From positions 41,475 to 105,474 of the forward strand of contig CAWFFK010000012.1 in the NCBI GenBank assembly GCA_963815075.1: 64,000 nucleotides of DNA. The letters are read 5' to 3'. This DNA comes from an uncultured Bacteroidales bacterium. GTDB taxonomy: Bacteria; Bacteroidota; Bacteroidia; Bacteroidales; VadinHA17. Numbering within the stretch: position 1 is the first letter of the stretch; each line of letters opens with the position of its first letter. Both the position numbers and the translations under genes were made by a program. Positions 1 to 10,788 of the stretch are shown piece by piece. Under the pieces are notes generated by a model. The model was not told the DNA's origin, made no database searches, and worked only from the letters and a program-made list of their open reading frames with translations.

Positions 1-1
1 T

Positions 2-3000
2 ACGGGAACATGGAGTCCTGCTGTAATAGATACCAATACACCCGGAAGCACTACCTATACATTCACCCCGGATGCAGGACAGTGTGCAACTACTGCAACA
101 ATGGATATTGTGGTTAATCTTCCTGTCACACCGACCTTTACGCAGATAGGACCATTATGTCTGAATTCTACTGCACCCTCATTGCCAGCCACTTCAGACA
201 ATGCTGTAACAGGCACATGGAACCCGGCAGTGATCAATACTTCTGCCGAAGGTTCAACGACCTATACCTTTACTCCATCGGCAGGTATGTGTGCTACAAC
301 TGCTACTATGGATATCGTAATTGATCCGCAGATCACACCAACGTTTACCCAGATAGGACCATTATGTCTGAATTCAACTGCGCCTTCATTGCCAGCCACC
401 TCAGACAATGCCATCACAGGTACCTGGAGCCCGGCTGCAATCAATATTGCTTCAGCCGGTATTGCTACATATACATTTACCCCTGATGCCGGCCAGTGTG
501 CTTCAACCACCACAATGAATATACTGGTGACTGATAATATTATACCAACATTTGTCCAGATAGGACCACTTTGCCAGAATTCAGTTGCTCCATTATTACC
601 AGCAGCCTCAACCAATATCCCGGCCATAACCGGTACGTGGAACCCTGCTGTAATTAACACTGCTGTAGCAGGTACAGTGACATATACCTTCACTCCCGAC
701 GCAGGCCAGTGTGCAACAACTGCTACTATGGATATTGTGGTATCTGCTAATATTACCCCGACATTCACACAGATAGGACCACTTTGCCAGAACTCTGCAG
801 CCCCATCACTGCCAAATGTCTCTAACAATGCTATCAATGGCACCTGGAATCCAGCTGTAATTAACACATCCACAGCAGGAAGCACGACTTACACATTTAC
901 CCCTGACGCTGGTCAATGTGCAACTACTGCAACTATGGATATTGTTATTGATCCGCTGGTTACTCCGACATTTACTCAGATCGGACCTCTCTGCCTGAAC
1001 TCAATTGTGCCTGCACTTCCAGTAACTTCAGACAATGCTATTACAGGAACATGGAGTCCTGCTGTAATTAACACTTCTGTAGCCGGGACTATAACATATA
1101 CTTTTACTCCGACTGGAGGCCAGTGTGCGACTACAGCAACTATGGATATTGTAATTGATCCGCAGATCACACCAACATTCACCCAGATAGGACCATTATG
1201 TCTGAATTCAATTGCACCTTTATTGCCAGCCACTTCAGACAATGGCGTCACAGGTACATGGAGCCCGGCTACAATCAGTACTTCCTCAGCCGGTATTGCA
1301 ACATATACATTTACCCCTGATGCCGGTCAGTGTGCTTCAATCACCACCGTGAATATCCTGGTGACTGATAATATTATACCAACATTTGTCCAGATAGGAC
1401 CACTTTGCCAGAATTCAGTTGCTCCTGCGCTACCAGTCATTTCAGACAATTCCATTACAGGATCCTGGAGCCCGGCTGTTATTAATACATCTGCTTCAGG
1501 TACTGTGACCTATATCTTCACTCCTGACGCAGGGCAGTGTGCTGCCAATGCTACTATGGATATTGTGGTTGATCCTCAGGTAACACCTGTATTCACTCAG
1601 ATAACACCATTATGCCAGAATTCAATAGCACCTTCACTACCAAACAACTCTGATAATGCAATTAACGGTACCTGGAGTCCGGCTGTAATCAATACTACCG
1701 TTGCCGGAACAACTACTTATACCTTTACTCCTGCAGCAGGTCAGTGTGCGACTACTGCTACAATGGATATTGTAGTTGATCCTCAGGTCACTCCAACATT
1801 TACCCAGATAGGTCCGCTTTGCCTTAACTCTGTAGCGCCCGCTCTGCCAGCCGTTTCAGATAATTCAGTAACAGGTACCTGGAATCCTGCTGTTATTAAC
1901 ACAACTGTTGTTGGGACAACGACATATACTTTCACCCCGGATGCAGGTCAGTGTGCAACTGCCATAACTATGAATATTGCAATAGATCCGCAGATCACAC
2001 CAACTTTTATTCAGATAGGACCATTATGTCTGAGTTCAACTGCACCTTCGTTGCCAGCCACTTCCGACAATGCCATAACAGGTACCTGGAGCCCTGCGAC
2101 TATCAGCACTGCTTCAGCCGGTATTACTTCTTATACCTTCACTTCTGATGCAGGACAGTGTGCGACAACGGCAACAATGGATATTGAAGTAACTACTGCA
2201 ATTATTCCGACATTTACACAAATTGGACCTCTCTGCCTGAATTCTGCTGCTCCATCCTTACCGGCAAGCTCAATAAATATCCCGTCGATTACCGGTACAT
2301 GGAGTCCTGCTGTTATAAGCACCAGCACCGTAGGTATTGCGACATATACCTTCACTCCTGACGCAGGTCAGTGTGCCGCAATAACCACTATGGATATTGA
2401 GATCTCCACTAATATTATTCCTGTATTTACACAGATCGGACCATTGTGCCAGAACTCCACAGCACCATTATTACCTGGAAATTCGACGAATATTCCATCC
2501 ATCACCGGTACCTGGAGTCCTGCTTTAATTAATACTTCTGTGGCAGGTACTACTACATATACATTTACTCCGGATGCAGGACAGTGTGCAACTACAGCAA
2601 CAATGGATATCGTGGTTGATCCTCAGGTCACTCCTGCATTTACACAGATTGGCCCACTTTGTCTCAACGCTGTTGCTCCATCTCTGCCAAACAACTCTGA
2701 CAATGGTGTAAATGGTACCTGGAACCCTTCAGTAATTAACACCTCTGCAGCTGGAACAGCGACATATACCTTTACTCCGACTATTGGCCTGTGTGCAACG
2801 ACTGCGAGTATGGATATTGTTGTCGATCTACAGATCACTCCGACATTTACACAGATTGGACCGCTCTGTCTGAATTCAACTGCGCCTTCATTGCCAGCCA
2901 CCTCAGACAATGGCGTCACAGGTACATGGAGCCCGGCGACTATCAGCACTGCTTCAGCCGGTATTGCAACATATACCTTTACCCCTGATGCCGGTCAGTG

Positions 3001-6000
3001 TGCTTCAACCACCACAATGAATATCCTGGTGACTGATAGCGTGATTCCGTCATTTACACAGATCGGACCACTCTGCCAGAATTCGGCGGCTCCTTCTCTG
3101 CCGGCTATTTCGGACAATTCCATTACAGGAACATGGAGCCCGGCTGTTATTAATACAGCTGCTTCAGGTACTGTGACCTATACCTTCACTCCTGACGCAG
3201 GGCAGTGTGCTGTCAATGCTACTATGGACATCGTTGTTGATCCTCAGGTAACACCTGTATTCACTCAGATAACACCATTATGCCAGAATTCAATTGCACC
3301 TTCACTACCAAACAACTCTGACAATGCAATTAACGGTACCTGGAGTCCGGCTGTAATCAATACTACCGTTGCCGGAACAACTACTTATACCTTTACTCCT
3401 GCAGCAGGTCAGTGTGCGACTACTGCTACAATGGATATTGTAGTTGATCCTCAGGTCACTCCAACATTTACCCAGATGGGTCCGCTTTGCCTTAACTCTG
3501 TAGCGCCCGCTCTGCCAGCCGTTTCAGATAATTCAGTAACAGGGACATGGGATCCTGCTGTCATTAACACAACTGTTGTTGGGACAACGACATATACTTT
3601 CACCCCGGATGCAGGGCAGTGTGCAACTGCCATAACTATGGATATTGAAGTAACTACTTCTATCCTTCCAACGTTCGTACAGATTGGACCGCTTTGCCTG
3701 AATTCGACTGCGCCTTCATTGCCAGCTACCTCAGACAATGCCATCGCAGGTACATGGAACCCTGCAACTGTAAGTACTGCTTCAGCAGGTATTACTACTT
3801 ATACCTTCACTCCTGATGCAGGACAGTGTGCTGCCAGTACAACAATGGATATCGAAGTAACTACTTCTATTATTCCTGCATTTACCCAGATCGGACCGCT
3901 CTGCCAGAATTCGGCGGCTCCTTCTCTGCCGGCTATTTCGGACAATTCCATTACAGGAACATGGAGCCCGGCTGTTATTAATACAGCTGCTTCAGGTACT
4001 GTGACCTATACCTTCACTCCTGACGCAGGGCAGTGTGCTGTCAATGCTACTATGGACATCGTTGTTGATCCTCAGGTAACACCTGTATTCACTCAGATAA
4101 CACCATTATGCCAGAATTCAATTGCACCTTCACTACCAAACAACTCTGACAATGCAATTAACGGTACCTGGAGTCCGGCTGTAATCAATACTACCGTTGC
4201 CGGAACAACTACTTATACCTTTACTCCTGCAGCAGGTCAGTGTGCGACTACTGCTACAATGGATATTGTAGTTGATCCTCAGGTCACTCCAACATTTACC
4301 CAGATGGGTCCGCTTTGCCTTAACTCTGTAGCGCCCGCTCTGCCAGCCGTTTCAGATAATTCAGTAACAGGGACATGGGATCCTGCTGTCATTAACACAA
4401 CTGTTGTTGGGACAACAACATATACTTTCACCCCGGATGCAGGGCAGTGTGCAACTGCCATAACTATGGATATTGAAGTAACTACTTCTATCCTTCCAAC
4501 GTTCGTACAGATTGGACCGCTTTGCCTGAATTCGACTGCGCCTTCATTGCCAGCTACCTCAGACAATGCCATCGCAGGTACATGGAACCCTGCAACTGTA
4601 AGTACTGCTTCAGCAGGTATTACTACTTATACCTTCACTCCTGATGCAGGACAGTGTGCTGCCAGTACAACAATGGATATCGAAGTAACTACTTCTATTA
4701 TTCCTGCATTTACCCAGATCGGACCGCTCTGCCAGAATTCGGCTGCTCCCGCGCTGCCGGATATTTCGGACAATTCCATTACAGGAACATGGAGCCCGGC
4801 TGTTATTAATACAGCTGCTTCAGGTACTGTGACCTATACCTTCACTCCTGACGCAGGACAGTGTGCTGTCAATGCTACTATGGACATCGTTGTTGATCCT
4901 CTGGTAACACCTGTATTCACTCAGATAACACCATTATGCCAGAATTCAATTGCACCTTCACTACCAAACAACTCTGACAATGCAATTAACGGTACCTGGA
5001 GTCCGGCTGTAATCAATACTACCGTTGCCGGAACAACTACTTATACCTTTACTCCTGCAGCAGGTCAGTGTGCGACTACTGCTACAATGGATATTGTAGT
5101 TGATCCTCAGGTCACTCCAACATTTACCCAGATAGGTCCGCTTTGCCTTAACTCTGTAGCGCCCGCTCTGCCAGCCGTTTCAGATAATTCAGTAACAGGG
5201 ACATGGGATCCTGCTGTCATTAACACAACTGTTGTTGGGACAACAACATATACTTTCACCCCGGATGCAGGGCAGTGTGCAACTGCCATAACTATGGATA
5301 TTGAAGTAACTACTTCTATCCTTCCAACGTTCGTACAGATTGGACCGCTTTGCCTGAATTCGACTGCGCCTTCATTGCCAGCTACCTCAGACAATGCCAT
5401 CGCAGGTACATGGAACCCTGCAACTGTAAGTACTGCTTCAGCAGGTATTACTACTTATACCTTCACTCCTGATGCAGGACAGTGTGCTGCCAGTACAACA
5501 ATGGATATCGAAGTAACTACTTCTATTATTCCTGCATTTGCCCAGATCGGACCACTCTGCCAGAATTCGGCTGCTCCCGCGCTGCCGGATATTTCAGATA
5601 ATTCCATTACAGGAACATGGAGCCCGGCTGTTATAAATACAGCTGCTTCAGGTACTGTGACCTATACCTTCACTCCTGACGCAGGGCAGTGTGCTGTCAA
5701 TGCTACAATGGATATTGTTATTGATCCTCTGGTAACACCTGTATTCACTCAGATAACACCATTATGCCAGAATTCAATTGCACCATCTCTGCCAAACAAC
5801 TCTGACAATGCAATTAACGGTACCTGGAGTCCGGCTGTAATCAATACTGCCGTTGCCGGAACAACTACTTATACCTTTACTCCTGCAGCAGGTCAGTGTG
5901 CGACTACTGCTACAATGGATATTGTAGTTGATCCTCAGGTCACTCCAACATTTACCCAGATAGGTCCGCTTTGCCTTAACTCTGTAGCGCCCGCTCTGCC

Positions 6001-7385
6001 AGCTGTTTCAGATAATTCAGTAACAGGGACATGGGATCCTGCTGTTATTAACACAACTGTTGTTGGGACAACGACATATACTTTCACCCCGGATGCAGGT
6101 CAGTGTGCAACTGCTATAACTATGGATATTGAAGTAACTACTTCTATCCTTCCAACGTTCGTACAGATTGGACCGCTTTGTCTGAACTCTGTTGCTCCAG
6201 CTTTACCATCAGTTTCCTCAAATATACCTGCCATTACTGGTACATGGAGCCCGGCTGTCATTAATACAGCTGCCACAGGTATTGTTACATACACATTCAC
6301 TCCTGATGCAGGACAGTGTGCTGCCAGTACAACAATGGATATCGAAGTAACTACTTCTATTATCCCTGCATTTACCCAGATCGGACCGCTCTGCCAGAAT
6401 TCGGCTGCTCCCGCGCTGCCGGATATTTCAGATATTTCCATTACAGGAACATGGAGCCCGGCTGTTATAAATACAGCTGCTTCAGGTACTGTGACCTATA
6501 CCTTCACTCCTGACGCAGGACAGTGTGCTGTCAATGCTACAATGGATATTGTTATTGATCCTCTGGTAACACCTGTATTCACTCAGATAACACCATTATG
6601 CCAGAATTCAATTGCACCTTCACTACCAAACAACTCTGACAATGCAATTAACGGTATCTGGAGTCCGGCTGTAATCAATACTGCCGTTGCCGGAACAACT
6701 ACTTATACCTTTACTCCTGCAGCAGGTCAGTGTGCGACTACTGCTACAATGGATATTGTAGTTGATCCTCAGGTCACTCCAGCATTTACCCAGATAGGTC
6801 CGCTTTGCCTTAACTCTGTAGCGCCCGCTCTGCCAGCCGTTTCAGATAATTCAGTAACAGGGACATGGGATCCTGCTGTTATTAACACAACTGTTGTTGG
6901 GACAACGACATATACTTTCACCCCGGATGCAGGTCAGTGTGCAACTGCCATAACTATGGATATTGAAGTAACTACTTCTATCCTTCCAACGTTCGTACAG
7001 ATTGGACCGCTCTGTCTGAACTCTGTTGCTCCAGCTTTACCATCAGTTTCCTCAAATATACCTGCCATTACTGGTACATGGAGCCCGGCTGTCATTAATA
7101 CTGCTGCCACAGGTATTGTTACTTACACATTCACTCCTGATGCAGGACAGTGTGCTGCCAGTACAACAATGGATATCGAAGTAACTACTTCTATTATTCC
7201 TGCATTTGCCCAGATCGGACCACTCTGCCAGAATTCAGCAGCTCCTGCCCTGCCGGATATTTCAGATAATTCCATTACAGGAACATGGAGCCCGGCTGTT
7301 ATTAATACAACTGCTTCAGGTACTGTGACCTATACCTTCACTCCTGACGCAGGGCAGTGTGCTGTCAATGCTACTATGGATATTG
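2..7385 (+). repeat. Tandem coding repeat, basic unit ~207 bp (69 aa, a few 213-bp units), ~35 units in the window
   Basis: The pattern ..TP.F.QIGPLC.NS.AP.LP..S.N.I.GTW.PA.I.T...G...YTFTP.AGQCA...TM(D/N)I recurs every 69-71 aa. Two linker types alternate (MDIVVDPQ.TP vs MDIEVTTSI.P). Repetition ends at ...NATMDIVVLDLVAVP (~nt 7385). Confidence 0.95.
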
Positions 7386-9715
7386 TGGTACTTGACCTGG
7401 TCGCAGTTCCAACAGCGGGTACTATTACTCAACCTACTTGCATTGTTGCAACCGGAGATGTAGTATTAAATGATTTACCTGCAACTGGTAACTGGACTAT
7501 TAATCCAGTATCAATATCCGGTTCTGGAACAACTGCAACAATATCAGGACTTTCAGAAGGAACTTATAACTTCACTGTCATTAACGATGCAGGTTGTATT
7601 TCACAACCATCGGCAGACGTTGTTATCATCCCGGCTATTGGAGCACCTGATATTCCCACCGTTTCTCCAACTCAGCCAACCTGTGCCGTAGCAACCGGAA
7701 CAATAACAATTACTTCGCCTACCGGTGCAGGTATGACATATAGCATTGACGGTTCAACCTATACAAATACAACAGGTATATTTAATTCTGTAGCTCCCGG
7801 CACCTATACTGTTACAGCCAGAAATGCCGACGGTTGTACTTCTGCAGGTGCTATTGTTTCTATCGATGCCCAACCTGAAACACCTGCTGTGACTGATCAG
7901 GCAACATCAATTATTACAGGTGGCACATTTACTGTAACTCCTGCCGGTGTTCCTGTCGGAACTACCTATACCTGGACTGCACCGACCTATACCGGTGGCG
8001 TAACAGGCGGAACGGCACAGGCTGTTCCTCAGACCGGGATATCAGGCGTATTAAATATACCTGCCGGAACAGGTACTGCAACTTATATTGTAACTCCTGT
8101 TTCAGGAGCATGTACAGGAGCTACCTTCACCCTTACCGTAACCGTTTCTGCTACCTGTGCTCCTGTTACTATTGCTACAGATGCTGCTGATAAAGATATG
8201 TGTGAAACTTCAGGCACCGCCTCATTCACTGTTGTTGCCGGAGGGACAGCTCCATTTACATATCAATGGGTTTACAACAATGGAGGCACATGGACAGCAG
8301 TGGCTGATGGCACTCCCGCAGGTGCATCATATTCCAATGCAAATACTGCAACTCTGGATGTCACTGGAATTACTTCAGCCGGAAGTTATCAGTATAGATG
8401 TTATATTACAAATTGCAGTGGCGGTAACAACGCAACATCAGATGTTGTAACTCTTACAGTACTTGAAACACCAATGGCTCCAACATCAGGTTTGATTACT
8501 CAACCTACCTGTGTAGCACCAACAGGAAGTGTAATATTAAACGGTCTGCCTTCCGGTAGCTGGACTATCAATCCGGGAGCAATTACAGGAACAGGTGCAA
8601 ATACAACGATCTCAGGGCTTGCAGCCGGTACCTATAATTATACTGTTACTAATACGGCAGGCTGTATTTCACCGGCATCTGCAAATATTATCATCAATTC
8701 AGCTTCGGGAGAATCAGGCTCAATACCGGCAGTACTGTCAGACTATAATGGATTTAATATAAGCTGTCATGGCAAATCCGATGGATCTATCAGCATAAAT
8801 CCTTCAGCTGATTTAGCACCATACGTATTCAGCTGGAGTGGTCCGGGTGGTTTTGTATCAACAGAAAAAGATATTTCAGGACTTATAGCCGGACAATATA
8901 TTTTATCAAGCACTGATGCCAATAATTGTACTACGATTGAAACATATATACTTTCAGAACCAAAACGACTCAGCATGAAAATTGACATGTCAATAAGTAA
9001 TGACGGTAACTATAATATCAATTGCGCCGGAGAAAATACAGGATTTGCCAGTGTTTCGGCTATCAATAACATCGGATCAGTTAATTACCTTTGGAGCGAT
9101 GGTTTTACTGGCAATAACAAAACAAATCTCACCTCTGGTACTTACGAAATATTAATATCAGATTCGAATAATTGCATTGCCGATTCAACTGTAACTCTGA
9201 CTGCTCCGGATTCATTAAAACTTTCATACAATATAATTCAACCGTTCTGTTCCAATAATTCAGACGGAGAGATAATACTGAATGTAACAGGAGGAGTACC
9301 CGGAAGCGATTATTTATATAAGTGGTCCGATAACTCTACCGGTAAAAATCTTTCAAATATTCCTGAAGGATTATACATAGTGACCATTACTGACTTTAAC
9401 GGATGTTCTGTTAATGATTCAATACAGGTAAGTTCACAGGTTGAAACCTGCCTGATAATTCCAAATGCAATCTCACCAAATGGTGATCTCATTAATGACG
9501 TCTGGAACATAGGCCATATTGATCAGTATCCCAAAGCTGTGGTAAAAATATTTAATAACTGGGGTGTTATAGTCTGGAAATCTGAAGCAGGCTATCCTAA
9601 TCCATGGGATGGCAGAAGCAATGGCATAATGTTGCCAATTGACTCATACTTTTATGTTATTGATCTGCATGATGGTTCAAAACTAATTGCAGGAAGTGTG
9701 ACAATAATCAAATAG
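2..9715 (+). CDS. Giant cell-surface repeat protein (adhesin-like, SprB-like), 5'-partial. About 35 tandem 69-aa two-Cys Ig-like modules, then Ig/PKD-like modules, three SprB-type repeats and a T9SS type-B (gliding-motility-associated, CHU_C-like) C-terminal sorting domain.
   Basis: The frame is open from nt 2 with the repeat already in progress (TGTWSPAVIDTNTPGSTTYTFTPDAGQCATTATMDI), so the true start is upstream. Stop TAG at 9713-9715. C-terminal part: NISCHGKSDGSI, NINCAGENTGFA and QPFCSNNSDGEI match SprB-repeat signatures. The last ~90 aa (IPNAISPNGDLINDVWNI...YPNPWDGRSNG..LPIDSYFYVIDL) match the type-B CTD pattern. Confidence 0.9.
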   Translation, partial: TGTWSPAVIDTNTPGSTTYTFTPDAGQCATTATMDIVVNLPVTPTFTQIGPLCLNSTAPSLPATSDNAVTGTWNPAVINTSAEGSTTYTFTPSAGMCATTATMDIVIDPQITPTFTQIGPLCLNSTAPSLPATSDNAITGTWSPAAINIASAGIATYTFTPDAGQCASTTTMNILVTDNIIPTFVQIGPLCQNSVAPLLPAASTNIPAITGTWNPAVINTAVAGTVTYTFTPDAGQCATTATMDIVVSANITPTFTQIGPLCQNSAAPSLPNVSNNAINGTWNPAVINTSTAGSTTYTFTPDAGQCATTATMDIVIDPLVTPTFTQIGPLCLNSIVPALPVTSDNAITGTWSPAVINTSVAGTITYTFTPTGGQCATTATMDIVIDPQITPTFTQIGPLCLNSIAPLLPATSDNGVTGTWSPATISTSSAGIATYTFTPDAGQCASITTVNILVTDNIIPTFVQIGPLCQNSVAPALPVISDNSITGSWSPAVINTSASGTVTYIFTPDAGQCAANATMDIVVDPQVTPVFTQITPLCQNSIAPSLPNNSDNAINGTWSPAVINTTVAGTTTYTFTPAAGQCATTATMDIVVDPQVTPTFTQIGPLCLNSVAPALPAVSDNSVTGTWNPAVINTTVVGTTTYTFTPDAGQCATAITMNIAIDPQITPTFIQIGPLCLSSTAPSLPATSDNAITGTWSPATISTASAGITSYTFTSDAGQCATTATMDIEVTTAIIPTFTQIGPLCLNSAAPSLPASSINIPSITGTWSPAVISTSTVGIATYTFTPDAGQCAAITTMDIEISTNIIPVFTQIGPLCQNSTAPLLPGNSTNIPSITGTWSPALINTSVAGTTTYTFTPDAGQCATTATMDIVVDPQVTPAFTQIGPLCLNAVAPSLPNNSDNGVNGTWNPSVINTSAAGTATYTFTPTIGLCATTASMDIVVDLQITPTFTQIGPLCLNSTAPSLPATSDNGVTGTWSPATISTASAGIATYTFTPDAGQCASTTTMNILVTDSVIPSFTQIGPLCQNSAAPSLPAISDNSITGTWSPAVINTAASGTVTYTFTPDAGQCAVNATMDIVVDPQVTPVFTQITPLCQNSIAPSLPNNSDNAINGTWSPAVINTTVAGTTTYTFTPAAGQCATTATMDIVVDPQVTPTFTQMGPLCLNSVAPALPAVSDNSVTGTWDPAVINTTVVGTTTYTFTPDAGQCATAITMDIEVTTSILPTFVQIGPLCLNSTAPSLPATSDNAIAGTWNPATVSTASAGITTYTFTPDAGQCAASTTMDIEVTTSIIPAFTQIGPLCQNSAAPSLPAISDNSITGTWSPAVINTAASGTVTYTFTPDAGQCAVNATMDIVVDPQVTPVFTQITPLCQNSIAPSLPNNSDNAINGTWSPAVINTTVAGTTTYTFTPAAGQCATTATMDIVVDPQVTPTFTQMGPLCLNSVAPALPAVSDNSVTGTWDPAVINTTVVGTTTYTFTPDAGQCATAITMDIEVTTSILPTFVQIGPLCLNSTAPSLPATSDNAIAGTWNPATVSTASAGITTYTFTPDAGQCAASTTMDIEVTTSIIPAFTQIGPLCQNSAAPALPDISDNSITGTWSPAVINTAASGTVTYTFTPDAGQCAVNATMDIVVDPLVTPVFTQITPLCQNSIAPSLPNNSDNAINGTWSPAVINTTVAGTTTYTFTPAAGQCATTATMDIVVDPQVTPTFTQIGPLCLNSVAPALPAVSDNSVTGTWDPAVINTTVVGTTTYTFTPDAGQCATAITMDIEVTTSILPTFVQIGPLCLNSTAPSLPATSDNAIAGTWNPATVSTASAGITTYTFTPDAGQCAASTTMDIEVTTSIIPAFAQIGPLCQNSAAPALPDISDNSITGTWSPAVINTAASGTVTYTFTPDAGQCAVNATMDIVIDPLVTPVFTQITPLCQNSIAPSLPNNSDNAINGTWSPAVINTAVAGTTTYTFTPAAGQCATTATMDIVVDPQVTPTFTQIGPLCLNSVAPALPAVSDNSVTGTWDPAVINTTVVGTTTYTFTPDAGQCATAITMDIEVTTSILPTFVQIGPLCLNSVAPALPSVSSNIPAITGTWSPAVINTAATGIVTYTFTPDAGQCAASTTMDIEVTTSIIPAFTQIGPLCQNSAAPALPDISDISITGTWSPAVINTAASGTVTYTFTPDAGQCAVNATMDIVIDPLVTPVFTQITPLCQNSIAPSLPNNSDNAINGIWSPAVINTAVAGTTTYTFTPAAGQCATTATMDIVVDPQVTPAFTQIGPLCLNSVAPALPAVSDNSVTGTWDPAVINTTVVGTTTYTFTPDAGQCATAITMDIEVTTSILPTFVQIGPLCLNSVAPALPSVSSNIPAITGTWSPAVINTAATGIVTYTFTPDAGQCAASTTMDIEVTTSIIPAFAQIGPLCQNSAAPALPDISDNSITGTWSPAVINTTASGTVTYTFTPDAGQCAVNATMDIVVLDLVAVPTAGTITQPTCIVATGDVVLNDLPATGNWTINPVSISGSGTTATISGLSEGTYNFTVINDAGCISQPSADVVIIPAIGAPDIPTVSPTQPTCAVATGTITITSPTGAGMTYSIDGSTYTNTTGIFNSVAPGTYTVTARNADGCTSAGAIVSIDAQPETPAVTDQATSIITGGTFTVTPAGVPVGTTYTWTAPTYTGGVTGGTAQAVPQTGISGVLNIPAGTGTATYIVTPVSGACTGATFTLTVTVSATCAPVTIATDAADKDMCETSGTASFTVVAGGTAPFTYQWVYNNGGTWTAVADGTPAGASYSNANTATLDVTGITSAGSYQYRCYITNCSGGNNATSDVVTLTVLETPMAPTSGLITQPTCVAPTGSVILNGLPSGSWTINPGAITGTGANTTISGLAAGTYNYTVTNTAGCISPASANIIINSASGESGSIPAVLSDYNGFNISCHGKSDGSISINPSADLAPYVFSWSGPGGFVSTEKDISGLIAGQYILSSTDANNCTTIETYILSEPKRLSMKIDMSISNDGNYNINCAGENTGFASVSAINNIGSVNYLWSDGFTGNNKTNLTSGTYEILISDSNNCIADSTVTLTAPDSLKLSYNIIQPFCSNNSDGEIILNVTGGVPGSDYLYKWSDNSTGKNLSNIPEGLYIVTITDFNGCSVNDSIQVSSQVETCLIIPNAISPNGDLINDVWNIGHIDQYPKAVVKIFNNWGVIVWKSEAGYPNPWDGRSNGIMLPIDSYFYVIDLHDGSKLIAGSVTIIK
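3060..7385 (+). repeat. Higher-order repeat: four-unit block of 828 bp (last copies 834 bp because one unit gains 2 codons), ~5.2 near-identical copies
   Basis: nt 3421-3480 equal nt 4249-4308. The antisense shadow ORFs 3451-3744, 4279-4572 and 5107-5400 (spacing 828) have identical translations. Differences are isolated, e.g. G3589 vs A4417. An older, more diverged copy of the block lies at ~1380-2200. Confidence 0.9.
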
Positions 9716-9733
9716 CGTTAAATATTAAGTGTT

Positions 9734-10723
9734 ATGAAAAAGCTGGTTTATTTTATATTTCTGGTAACAATCGGACAGGCGTCATTTGGTCAGCAACTTC
9801 CTTTATATAGTCAGTATATTTATAACAAATTTCTGTTAAATCCTGCAGTTGCTGGCAGTGATGGATATACAAGCCTCAACCTGACAGCACGAAAACAATG
9901 GGTGGGACTTTCCGGTTCTCCTCAGACATTTTCTTTCAGCGGCCAGACACGATTTCTGAAACGAGGCCATATTATCAAGTTAAAAAAGAATAATAAAACA
10001 ATATTCAGGCCTCAGAACGATGCGAGGGTAGGACTGGGAGCATCGGTTTTCAATTATCAGAGCGGGTTAATCCAGAGATCCGGGTTCCAGTTTGCATATG
10101 CTTACCACCTCTGGTTACAAAGAATGACTCAACTTTCATTTGGTCTTTCCTTTTCAGGCACATATTTTAAGATAAATGAAAATGCATTAGCCCTGGAAGA
10201 TCAAAATGATCCATTGCTGAATGATAATCTCAGGCGTGGAATATTCATCCCTGATGCTACTTTTGGGGTCTACGTGCTGAATCACCAGTACAATGTTGGT
10301 GTTTCAGTTAATCAGATGCTGGGTGCATCTGTAAAAATCGGGAATAAAGCCTACTCGAATTATACACTTTACAGACATTACTACATATTTGGTTCTTACA
10401 GCTTCGAAAAAGGGAAAGACGTCGAACTCAGACCTGCAGTACTGATAATGATGTCTGAAGCGCAAAATCCTGTCGTAAGTCCTCTGGTAGAATTCGGATT
10501 AAATTTTGTTTATAAACAAGCATTCTGGACCGGGCTAACCTACAGAACGAGTGGTGCAATAATTGCAAATGTTGGATTTAAATACAATAGAATGTATATG
10601 GGTTACTCTATTGACTTTACTTTGCAGGAGATACAGAGAATTACCTATGGAACCCATGAAATAAACCTGGCCTGGAAATTCGGCGACAGTGCCAAGAGAT
10701 ACCGCTGGCTCGACAGATATTAG
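9734..10723 (+). CDS. PorP/SprF-family type IX secretion system outer-membrane protein
   Basis: Signal peptide, then QQLPLYSQYIYNKFLLNPAVAGSDGY and C-terminal YGTHEINLAWKFG, both typical of PorP/SprF. Starts 18 nt after the type-B-CTD cargo gene. Confidence 0.88.
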   Translation: MKKLVYFIFLVTIGQASFGQQLPLYSQYIYNKFLLNPAVAGSDGYTSLNLTARKQWVGLSGSPQTFSFSGQTRFLKRGHIIKLKKNNKTIFRPQNDARVGLGASVFNYQSGLIQRSGFQFAYAYHLWLQRMTQLSFGLSFSGTYFKINENALALEDQNDPLLNDNLRRGIFIPDATFGVYVLNHQYNVGVSVNQMLGASVKIGNKAYSNYTLYRHYYIFGSYSFEKGKDVELRPAVLIMMSEAQNPVVSPLVEFGLNFVYKQAFWTGLTYRTSGAIIANVGFKYNRMYMGYSIDFTLQEIQRITYGTHEINLAWKFGDSAKRYRWLDRY

Positions 10724-10788
10724 CTTTTCATTTTCCTGAATTTATATTATACACATATAACACTTCCTGCCTGAAAATTTGTCATATT

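Noticed and set aside
55-6513. Many 60-207-aa ORFs antisense to, or in alternative frames of, the giant repeat gene (e.g. 262-885, 3451-3744, 4279-4572, 5107-5400, 1951-2148, 6316-6513)
   Set aside because: They are shadow ORFs produced by the stop-poor repetitive sequence. They recur with the repeat period and lie wholly inside a 9.7-kb ORF that has recognisable domains.
3060-7385. Regularly spaced near-identical repeats that could superficially suggest a CRISPR array or a diversity-generating retroelement target
   Set aside because: The periodicity (207/828 bp) is in-frame protein-coding, with no repeat-spacer architecture. No cas gene, reverse transcriptase or template repeat is present in the window.
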